DNA of 64,000 nucleotides from a virus. The stretch covers positions 32,336-96,335 of IMG/VR virus record IMGVR_UViG_3300045988_121434; one strand, given 5' to 3'. This document shows, one piece after another, positions 7,868 to 15,468 of this stretch. Position 1 is the first letter of the stretch. Each line of letters starts with the position of its first letter. The translations under genes and the position numbers were made by a program. The notes below the pieces were generated by a model. The model was not told the DNA's origin. It searched no databases and saw only the letters and a program-made list of their open reading frames with translations.

Positions 7868-8025
7868 CACCAACAAAAACCCTCGTAGTCGGCATGATGC
7901 AGACGCCACCCTATGACCGCATGTTTGAGCAGAGCCGCCGCGTGTACTCCGCTCAGGGAATATCGCCCACGCTGCATACACAAGGGGGGGGTGATAGAGA
8001 GATTAAGGTATTGGTGGAGCTGTAA
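7864..8025 (+). CDS. TRD-like mini-ORF M13
   Basis: 53 codons: MTPTKTLVVGMMQTPPYDRMFEQSRRVYSAQGISPTLHTQGGGDREIKVLVEL*. This is the textbook-looking TRD core (R-vY...G-iSPTL-t-GGG...k-l). The G8 tract at 7984-7991 is in frame. Confidence 0.65.
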   Translation: MTPTKTLVVGMMQTPPYDRMFEQSRRVYSAQGISPTLHTQGGGDREIKVLVEL

Positions 8026-8141
8026 GAATGTCCGCTCCATATCGCCGACAACACCTATCTTTGCACATATCACTGAACGAATGAGACTAACATCGTTTTC
8101 ATTTGTTTCGTCTGGTGACAAACAAAAACAACATTTCATCT

Positions 8142-8495
8142 ATGATACAACATCAGCATTGGGAAGACTCCACTCACATACTCATTACCGACGAGCAGCA
8201 TCATGGCAGCATACAGGTGTTCATCCCCAAGCGCACCGAAGACAAGCCCTTGGATGGCGAGGCTGACGCTCTCGTCTATTCGCTGTGGGTGGGCGAACGG
8301 CACCGTGGCCGTGGGGTGGCAAAACTCCTGATGGAGACAGCCGAAAGGGAACTGAAGCGCTGCGGCATAGCGACCGTCGCTATATCGTGGGATGGACGCG
8401 ACTCTCCCCAATGGGTGTTGCAATGGTATGAAAGGTTGGGCTACGAAGGAAAAGCGTTCGACTACCGCTGCTGCACGCTTCTTAAACGGTTGTAG
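8142..8495 (+). CDS. GNAT-family N-acetyltransferase (short paralogue)
   Basis: Motif A is WVGERHRGRGVAKLLMETAERELK. It aligns by eye with the C-terminal half of ORF 1116-1775. The ATG at 8142 lies inside tracked ORF 8103-8495. Confidence 0.7.
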   Translation: MIQHQHWEDSTHILITDEQHHGSIQVFIPKRTEDKPLDGEADALVYSLWVGERHRGRGVAKLLMETAERELKRCGIATVAISWDGRDSPQWVLQWYERLGYEGKAFDYRCCTLLKRL

Positions 8496-8663
8496 CCAAA
8501 CAAAAAAACTCATTCCGAAGGCCAAAGGACCGTACTCAGTGTGTCGCATGTCGCCACTCCGTCCAACGTATTTAACGGGCTCTGGTGCAGACGAGCGAGG
8601 AGAAGGAAAACTCAACCACTGCACATTTCTTTTTATTAACGGATTTATAGAGAATAACGAACA

Positions 8664-9839
8664 ATGAGCGACTTAAAGATTTTTGCAAAGACCATTGAAC
8701 CTGAAGCCCAGGAGCAAGTAAGGCAGATGGCAGAGAGCGAGGCTTACCGCGACTGTAAGATTCGCATTATGCCCGATTGCCATGCCGGAAAGGAATGCAC
8801 CGTAGGCACCGTGATTGAGACCCGCGGCAAAGTGGTGCCCAACACCGTGGGCGTTGACATCGGTTGCGGTATGCTCGTGTGGGATTTAGGCTTTGCCAAC
8901 ATTGATATGGAGATTCTCGACCGTATCATCAACGACAACATTCCAAGCGGATTCAATGTGCATGAGAAGCGTTTGTCGTCAGAGATGGTTTCCCTTATGC
9001 ACAATGAAATATGGTGTTTTTTGCCTCCGTGGAAGCAATATTTTGACCTCGACTATGTACTGCGTTCGCTCGGCACCCTTGGCGGTGGCAGCCACTTTAT
9101 TGAGGTTGACGTGGACGACGAAGGACGCAAGTATCTTGTAGTACATTCGGGTAGCCGCAATTTAGGCGTAAAGATATGCCGACATTTTCAGCAGTTGGCA
9201 TCAAGACAATGCAACAACAGTGAGGAACGTGGACGTATCATTTCCGAACTGAAAGCTCAGGGCAGACAGAGCGAGATAAACGATGCGCTGCGCCGGTTGA
9301 AACCCGTTTCTAAAGACATGGCCTACATTAGCGGTACCACGCTTGGCGATTACTATGATGCCATGCGCTTGTGTCAGCATTATGCCGACTTGAACCGTTT
9401 TCTTATGGCGCAAACCATAATCAAAGGTCTTGAACTAAAGTCTACAGGTCGTGTGTTCACCACCATGCACAACTACATCGACACCTTCGGCATTATCCGC
9501 AAGGGAGCTGTGAGCGCAAAGAAGGGCGAGCCTCTGATTATCCCTCTGAACATGCGCGACGGTTCGCTGCTGTGTACTGGCAAGGGCAACAACGACTGGC
9601 TTCAGTCGGCTCCCCACGGCGCAGGCAGACTAATGTCGCGCTCGGCTGCCAAGAAGCAGCTCAGCATGGACGAATACCGCCAACAGATGCACGACATCTA
9701 CTCTACATCGGTATGCGAGGCCACAATCGACGAAGCTCCAATGGCGTATAAGTCGGCAGAGGAAATAGAAGCGTTGATAGGCGACACCGTGAACATCGTG
9801 AAGCGCATTAAGCCGATATATAACTTTAAGGCGAAGTAA
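8664..9839 (+). CDS. rtcB: RtcB-type RNA 3'-phosphate/5'-OH ligase
   Basis: Characteristic RtcB strings are present: MPDCHAGKE, GVDIGCGM, GGGSHFIEVD, HSGSRNLG, TMHNYI, IPLNMRDG, APHGAGR. Confidence 0.9.
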   Translation: MSDLKIFAKTIEPEAQEQVRQMAESEAYRDCKIRIMPDCHAGKECTVGTVIETRGKVVPNTVGVDIGCGMLVWDLGFANIDMEILDRIINDNIPSGFNVHEKRLSSEMVSLMHNEIWCFLPPWKQYFDLDYVLRSLGTLGGGSHFIEVDVDDEGRKYLVVHSGSRNLGVKICRHFQQLASRQCNNSEERGRIISELKAQGRQSEINDALRRLKPVSKDMAYISGTTLGDYYDAMRLCQHYADLNRFLMAQTIIKGLELKSTGRVFTTMHNYIDTFGIIRKGAVSAKKGEPLIIPLNMRDGSLLCTGKGNNDWLQSAPHGAGRLMSRSAAKKQLSMDEYRQQMHDIYSTSVCEATIDEAPMAYKSAEEIEALIGDTVNIVKRIKPIYNFKAK

Positions 9840-9878
9840 TAACAAATAATATTATTAACAATTAAAACAAAAACAATT

Positions 9879-10274
9879 ATGACATCAATTATTTCAGCGT
9901 TAATCATCATTCTGCTTATCCTGCTGTTTACAATCTTTGCAGCATGGATTGACAAGTTCGGTGCAAAGCATAAGGAGGAGTTTATCGACGAGACCATTGA
10001 GAAGGTCATCGACAAGGTTTCGACAGTTGCTACATCCAAGATAGCAATGGTGTTGGAGAAGTATATGACCGGTCCTTGGTATCTTGTGGTCTATACTGCA
10101 GCAGAGGGCCAGCCTATCTGGATCTCGAACAATAATATCCGTTCGGTGCACCCCGATGCTGAGAAACGCCGACTCGTTGTGAAGCAATTTAATGGCGAGG
10201 ACATGGTGATTGAAGACGTGGAGAGTTATGACCTCCAGGCTGCAAACGAAATGGCAGACTTCGATTTTATGTAA
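9879..10274 (+). CDS. Hypothetical membrane-anchored protein (PWYLVVY family, copy 1)
   Basis: It has an N-terminal TM helix (IISALIIILLILLFTIFAAWI) and shares GPWYLVVY and a C-terminal acidic motif with the next ORF. Confidence 0.55.
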   Translation: MTSIISALIIILLILLFTIFAAWIDKFGAKHKEEFIDETIEKVIDKVSTVATSKIAMVLEKYMTGPWYLVVYTAAEGQPIWISNNNIRSVHPDAEKRRLVVKQFNGEDMVIEDVESYDLQAANEMADFDFM

Positions 10275-10332
10275 CGATACGCTCCAACTATAGACTTATG
10301 GAACATTCAACTATTGGATTGACTTTTTTATT

Positions 10333-10716
10333 TTGGCCGTGGCGCTTTTTGCTATCACGCACCTCTATTGCGTGTGCAGAGTTTTCAGAAACAAGCGATC
10401 ACCGCTTCATCAGCAGCAGTTTGCTTCGCCCACGCCGCCTGCACCATGGAACACAAGAGCCGAGCAAGACCTAACGGGGAATAATGACCCGTGGTATCTT
10501 GTTGTGTATGCCGATGTGAACGAAAGAAACTACACAGTTGTTGCAGCAGAGGATATTCTGGATTTTCAGTTCAGCGGCAAAAGAGGAGAAATGAGAATCC
10601 ACTGCAAGAAATACAACGGTTTCCCCGACAACACTATGAACTTTGAAAACATACACCATTATGAGTTTCAGCAGGCTTCGCAGCTTGGAGATTTTTGTTT
10701 AGAAGGAAAGGAATGA
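10333..10716 (+). CDS. Hypothetical membrane-anchored protein (PWYLVVY family, copy 2)
   Basis: It carries DPWYLVVYAD and a TM-like N-terminus. There is no in-frame ATG (TTG 10333 or GTG 10339). The ATG at 10298 is in another frame, upstream of a T-run. Confidence 0.45.
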   Translation: MAVALFAITHLYCVCRVFRNKRSPLHQQQFASPTPPAPWNTRAEQDLTGNNDPWYLVVYADVNERNYTVVAAEDILDFQFSGKRGEMRIHCKKYNGFPDNTMNFENIHHYEFQQASQLGDFCLEGKE

Positions 10717-10926
10717 ATGATGAAACGAGATACAGCGAAACTTCTTCAAAAAGCCAACGAGGTGCTCACGGTGCTTCAGAAAGATGGAGCGATGCGCCCA
10801 GCAGACTATGCCGTGGTGCTCGGACTGGTGGCAAACAAAATCACGGAGGCTTGCGTCAGCTATGGTGAAGATAGGCAAATGGTGGTGGATGACCTTTGCA
10901 TGGTCGTGAGGAAAATGTGTAAGTGA
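10717..10926 (+). CDS. Hypothetical small protein
   Basis: 69-codon ORF that starts immediately after the upstream stop. Confidence 0.4.
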   Translation: MMKRDTAKLLQKANEVLTVLQKDGAMRPADYAVVLGLVANKITEACVSYGEDRQMVVDDLCMVVRKMCK

Positions 10927-11035
10927 GAACGATTTTAGGATGAATACAATATAGTATGGATTTAAGTTTAATAAGTAAGAGGGATAGCCGTTGCGATAAC
11001 GCCTATCCCTCGTTTTTCTTTTCATTGTTCGTTGT

Positions 11036-13030
11036 TTATCTGCCGCTCGGCAGCACAAACCAACCGCCACCGACACGGAAGAACTTGCAACCTAAGTACA
11101 GCGTATCGAAGGCATCCGTGAAGTCGGTACGTTGCTGCAGGGGCAGCGTGTCCTCGCTTTCGGGCTTCTTCTCCTGACTCTTGTCTTTGTGGAATCCCTT
11201 GTACGAAATCTGCACCTCACAGAGCTGCATGGCGATGATAAGGTCGGGGTTGTTCGGCTGGTTGATGCGGATGGCAGGGTAGGAGAGGTGAGCCAAGCCG
11301 TCGTTGATGATCTTGTGCTTTACCTCGTGCTTCTCAGGAGCGCCCATATCTATGGCCGTCACGTTCCACCCGTGCTTCTCCAACTCTTCAATCACGGTCA
11401 TATAGAATCGCTCGTCTGACGAAGCGTAGGATGCTCCCTGCTTTGCCGTAGAATCATAGAAATACGTCACGTCGCGGTTGATGGCCCGCTTGGGAGCATA
11501 ATAATCCGAAAAATCGGCTATCAGTTCGCGCAGCTTTCGCTCGTTCTTCACATAAAAACTCTTGATAACGTTCAGACATTCCATGCCGTCACGCTCATAC
11601 ATCTGGCCAACCACCAACGTATTAATATTGGCATTATAGTCGAGGGCTATATATAAAGGAAGGGAGTTGATGCAGTCGGAATCCTGGCGCGAGTCGTTTC
11701 GCTCGCCCAACTCCTTGAAGTCGGGTTGATAACTCTCGCTCGTGACTTTCTTTCCACCGATGATGCCCGACACCTTTTGCGTGGAAAATTTTGCAGACGA
11801 TAAGGGGTCTATCTCGTCGGGGATATATCCGTGAACATGATCGATGTCGAGGTTGGAGTAAAAGCCATCGTTTGACTTCTTTACTTTGACGTTGAGAATT
11901 GAAATGGCGAAGGTCATCGGAGGCAAATCGCGGCGCATCTGCCTTATGTAATCCTCACCCAAAATGTCCACATTGTCGAGCGATGACGCACGGCGCACAC
12001 AGAAAGCCACACGGCGCAGTTCACGCAGATAGTTTTCAGAGAATTTCTTTGAGCGCTGGAACATCTGCATCTCGAAATCCTCTTCCGGCGTAATAAGGTA
12101 TTCGTAATCGTAAATCAGTTCGGCATCCTCCTGCGGAATGAGTTTATAGTTGACAGCCATCTCCACCATGCCTTTCGTGACGTGTTGGCCATGGTTGGGC
12201 ATAATGCGGAACTGCCCCTCATGCTTCATCATCTTCAGAGCCACGGCACGGATCATCGTGCGCAACTCCTTCGGTACCACACGCACCGAGTGACTGTTTT
12301 TCTTGGCGTTATACAGCAGGTCGTTGTAGCGTATCACCTTGTTGGCGTAATCTTCCAACTGCTCCTGCACCCATCGGTAGGTCTTGCCTTTGAATGGACC
12401 CGTCTCCACCGTCATGTCCAGTTTCTCCTCCTCCTTCTCCAACCACGAACCTTTGGCAGTGAGCGAGGCATCCGAGAGGAAGCGTGTACTTTTGTACATT
12501 GGGTTGTGGTCGGAGAAGTTGATGTCGCCCAAGGGGTGCGTCTGTCCTGAAAGCGCCGGCATCAACTCGTCGGTCACTTTCTTGTAAGGAAAGAATCTCG
12601 CCTCGTCGCCCACCATGGCCGAGAAGGTGTAAGAGTTGGCAGAGGCGGTCTGCGAGAGGGAGATAAGCACCCATCCCGCACCATTCGCCAACCAGATGTA
12701 GTTGTCGTAGTTCTTGGGTTTGAAGATACTCTCGCGAGCGTGCTTCGGTGGTCGTCCCCAACCGAAGTGAATGCCCTGCGTAAAGCCGAACATTCGCTCC
12801 ATGGCCGCCATCGTACTCGGTATGGTCTTGCCGAAGCCCTGCTGGCGCGACACTGCCACCCATGCGCCGAGCATACCAGGCATGGAGTTGCTTGCCGTCC
12901 ATACGTAAGGAGCCACCAATCCGTCGGTCTTACCCACACGGCGGGCAGCAATCACTCGCTCATCCTTGGCTCCCATGTATAGCGACTGCTGCTGGAATTT
13001 AGTTAAGTAAATGTTATGTGCTTGCTGCAT
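11036..13030 (-). CDS. terL: Terminase large subunit (putative)
   Basis: 664 aa. It has a Walker-A-like ARRVGKTDG near the N-terminus, a Walker-B-like AMVGDEARFF, and a C-terminal nuclease-like segment (IALDYNANINTLVVGQ). Size and layout are typical of TerL. Confidence 0.6.
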   Translation of the reverse strand: MQQAHNIYLTKFQQQSLYMGAKDERVIAARRVGKTDGLVAPYVWTASNSMPGMLGAWVAVSRQQGFGKTIPSTMAAMERMFGFTQGIHFGWGRPPKHARESIFKPKNYDNYIWLANGAGWVLISLSQTASANSYTFSAMVGDEARFFPYKKVTDELMPALSGQTHPLGDINFSDHNPMYKSTRFLSDASLTAKGSWLEKEEEKLDMTVETGPFKGKTYRWVQEQLEDYANKVIRYNDLLYNAKKNSHSVRVVPKELRTMIRAVALKMMKHEGQFRIMPNHGQHVTKGMVEMAVNYKLIPQEDAELIYDYEYLITPEEDFEMQMFQRSKKFSENYLRELRRVAFCVRRASSLDNVDILGEDYIRQMRRDLPPMTFAISILNVKVKKSNDGFYSNLDIDHVHGYIPDEIDPLSSAKFSTQKVSGIIGGKKVTSESYQPDFKELGERNDSRQDSDCINSLPLYIALDYNANINTLVVGQMYERDGMECLNVIKSFYVKNERKLRELIADFSDYYAPKRAINRDVTYFYDSTAKQGASYASSDERFYMTVIEELEKHGWNVTAIDMGAPEKHEVKHKIINDGLAHLSYPAIRINQPNNPDLIIAMQLCEVQISYKGFHKDKSQEKKPESEDTLPLQQRTDFTDAFDTLYLGCKFFRVGGGWFVLPSGR

Positions 13031-13060
13031 TGTTGTTATCCTGATTTTGTGTTGTGTTCC

Positions 13061-13291
13061 TTATTCGCTGTGCGTCTTATGTCCTACATGCCATTTCTGG
13101 CACGTTCTGCACCGGTACACTGTCATGCCCTGCGCCAGTAGCTTCGGGTTCTGGTTGAGATATTCCCAAGCATCATCCTCGGTCTCGTAGGCCTCCTTCG
13201 CCTTCCACGAGTGCTGCTTGCGTGTGTAATGTTCGGGGTCCGGCTTGAACGGCGGCACCTTGTTGAAGTATTTGTGTCGGTTGTTACTCAT
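13061..13291 (-). CDS. Hypothetical small zinc-ribbon-like protein
   Basis: 76 codons with a C-terminal CRTCQKWHVGH. Confidence 0.4.
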   Translation of the reverse strand: MSNNRHKYFNKVPPFKPDPEHYTRKQHSWKAKEAYETEDDAWEYLNQNPKLLAQGMTVYRCRTCQKWHVGHKTHSE

Positions 13292-13314
13292 GTGTTGTTT
13301 TTGTGTTGATTATA

Positions 13315-14088
13315 TTAAAATAGAGAGAGTTGTGCCTGCTCCAACTTGATGCGCTTGCAAGCCTTGTTGTAATACTCCTTATTGAGCTCGAAGCCGATGA
13401 AATTGCGTTTCTCTTTTATACAAGCAATGGCAGTGGTGCCGCTGCCCATGCAGTTGTCTAATATGGTGTCACCCTCGTTGGAATAGGTACGGATGAGGTA
13501 CTGAATAAGAGCGACTGGCTTTTGTGTGGGGTGGAAGGTGTCGGCTGAATGTTCCTTATCGAAGCAGATAATGCTCTTTGGAAATTTTTCGTCTGATACG
13601 ATAGTAGGCACTTCTTTATGGTCGCCGTAACACCCCCGCTTCAAACTATGAGAACCATCACCCTTGTGATGGTTTCGTTTATGTGGCGCACATTTTACCA
13701 TCTGAGGGTTGTAGATAGGTTGCTTCCGATAGAATACTGCAATATCCTCATGCGAGCGCAGAGGCATCTTGTTGACATTCAAAAAGCCCGTTGCTCTGTT
13801 TTTGCTCCAAATAAGATTATATTTCCAAAGTTTCGGCTGCGACACCATAAGTTGTGCAGTGAACATACCTTGACAGAAAAGAATAATCGCTGCATTGTTT
13901 TTTGCTATGCGTAGATATTCTTTCCATAATGACTCAAGCGGAATAATGCTATCCCATTTCCCTCCTTCACTCTGTTTGTTGAGAACACCATACGGCAAAT
14001 CGCACACGATGCAATCCACGCTCCCGTCTGGAATCCTTTTCATCCCTTCCAGACAGTCTTCGTTATATATCTTATTCAGTTCTACCAT
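13315..14088 (-). CDS. DNA N6-adenine or N4-cytosine methyltransferase (beta-class, DPPY-type)
   Basis: It has CIVCDLPYG (motif IV variant) at the N-terminus, and HPTQKPVALIQYLI plus ILDNCMGSGTTAIAC...FIGFELNKEY (SAM motif I) at the C-terminus. Confidence 0.85.
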   Translation of the reverse strand: MVELNKIYNEDCLEGMKRIPDGSVDCIVCDLPYGVLNKQSEGGKWDSIIPLESLWKEYLRIAKNNAAIILFCQGMFTAQLMVSQPKLWKYNLIWSKNRATGFLNVNKMPLRSHEDIAVFYRKQPIYNPQMVKCAPHKRNHHKGDGSHSLKRGCYGDHKEVPTIVSDEKFPKSIICFDKEHSADTFHPTQKPVALIQYLIRTYSNEGDTILDNCMGSGTTAIACIKEKRNFIGFELNKEYYNKACKRIKLEQAQLSLF

Positions 14089-14110
14089 GCTTTGTTATTT
14101 TGTAAATCTA

Positions 14111-14719
14111 TCAGTTAAACCATTTTATAGCTGTTTCGCCCTTATACCCTTTCTTCCATACGAACCATGCGTATGCCGCTGCGCTGCCAACAATAGCATT
14201 GAAATCTCCGTTGGGAGCACATTTCAGTCGTGACGAACTTACCCAAACACGAATGGGGGGAGTAGAACGGAAGAGAGCGCGTCGCGCCTTGCCTTCAAGG
14301 AAAGTCAGTTTCAGGAACATCGCCACCTTCTTTCCTTCGGGAATGATGCTCAGAGCCTTCTCCACAAACTGCTGCGCATACTTGTAGGGCGGATTGGTCA
14401 CGATGTTTCCGTCCCACGCCAAGTTGTCTATTGCGAGAAAGTCGGCCACCTCGCCGTAACCTCTATCCACAAGGTCGCGGCTCACCACCTCATACCCCGC
14501 CTTTTTCAGCACCTCGCTCATGTGCCCCTCGCCACACGAAGGTTCCAATATCCTGCCTTCAAACCGCTCCAGCTTGCACAGCCATTCCGTCGCTTTCGGC
14601 TCTGTAGCGTAATAATCCTCACGCTGCCTATCCGCATCCGTATGGTTGCTTGCGCCCAACGTCTTGAACACAGCGGCCGAACCGCCTACCCAGTCCTTTC
14701 TTTTTATGTTGTTATTCAT
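14111..14719 (-). CDS. DNA N6-adenine methyltransferase-like (NPPY)
   Basis: ILEPSCGEGHM (SAM motif I) is followed by IVTNPPYKY (motif IV). Confidence 0.75.
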   Translation of the reverse strand: MNNNIKRKDWVGGSAAVFKTLGASNHTDADRQREDYYATEPKATEWLCKLERFEGRILEPSCGEGHMSEVLKKAGYEVVSRDLVDRGYGEVADFLAIDNLAWDGNIVTNPPYKYAQQFVEKALSIIPEGKKVAMFLKLTFLEGKARRALFRSTPPIRVWVSSSRLKCAPNGDFNAIVGSAAAYAWFVWKKGYKGETAIKWFN

Positions 14720-14760
14720 GTTGTGTAGAGTTTTTGTTGCTTATAATGAAAGTTCCAGTC

Positions 14761-15042
14761 TTAGAAGAATTTTGCGGGCTGACATTCATCGATTAACTTG
14801 CGTGTTTCTTCAGCACAAGCAGCCACGCATTTTTCTACTGCTTCTGTGATGTCTTTGATTTGATCCTCACGCATATTGTTGTATTTATCACAAGTGTCCT
14901 CTATTATTTGGTAGAGAGTCTGTTTTTGTAAAGCCTCCATATAGTCCACATACTCCTTGCACGTCTTGCGCCCTGGCTCCTTTACCCAATCGATGAAGTC
15001 CTTCTTCCTGTCCTTCCATGTCTTGATTTTTATTGTTATCAT
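14761..15042 (-). CDS. Hypothetical protein
   Basis: 93-codon ORF in the minus-strand operon. Confidence 0.45.
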   Translation of the reverse strand: MITIKIKTWKDRKKDFIDWVKEPGRKTCKEYVDYMEALQKQTLYQIIEDTCDKYNNMREDQIKDITEAVEKCVAACAEETRKLIDECQPAKFF

Positions 15043-15048
15043 TGTCGC

Positions 15049-15468
15049 TTACATTTTGAATTGTTTTTTCAAGAAAGTGTTGCTTTTAATAAGCTCTATC
15101 ATTTCCTCCTCGGAGTGTATTCCTTCCCAAAATACTTCAGTATGCGACCCACGCCTTTCATCATCTACGGAGAACGGCACGGCATAGTTGGTATATACAA
15201 CACCGTGATGTTTTATCAAGTGACGACCTGGATTCTTGTAGATGTTATTGATCCACGTCTCGTTGTCACATTCAGTCCATATTTTACATTCTTTGTGGGT
15301 AAGATTTTTGTCGATACCCATAGGATAGTGACCTGCCTTGCCGTTACTTTTGTTCCGAAATAAATGATCTTTGCCATATCGTGATTGTTTTATAATTCGC
15401 CAAAGTCCAGTTTCATCTGTTGGAATTTCTCGGCATACCATTGTTTGTATGATTTGCCCGAAATCCAC
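15049..15468 (-). CDS. Hypothetical protein (start uncertain)
   Basis: 139-codon ORF with protein-like composition. The first ATG would overlap the upstream gene by 79 nt, so the true start may be internal. Confidence 0.45.
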   Translation of the reverse strand: MDFGQIIQTMVCREIPTDETGLWRIIKQSRYGKDHLFRNKSNGKAGHYPMGIDKNLTHKECKIWTECDNETWINNIYKNPGRHLIKHHGVVYTNYAVPFSVDDERRGSHTEVFWEGIHSEEEMIELIKSNTFLKKQFKM

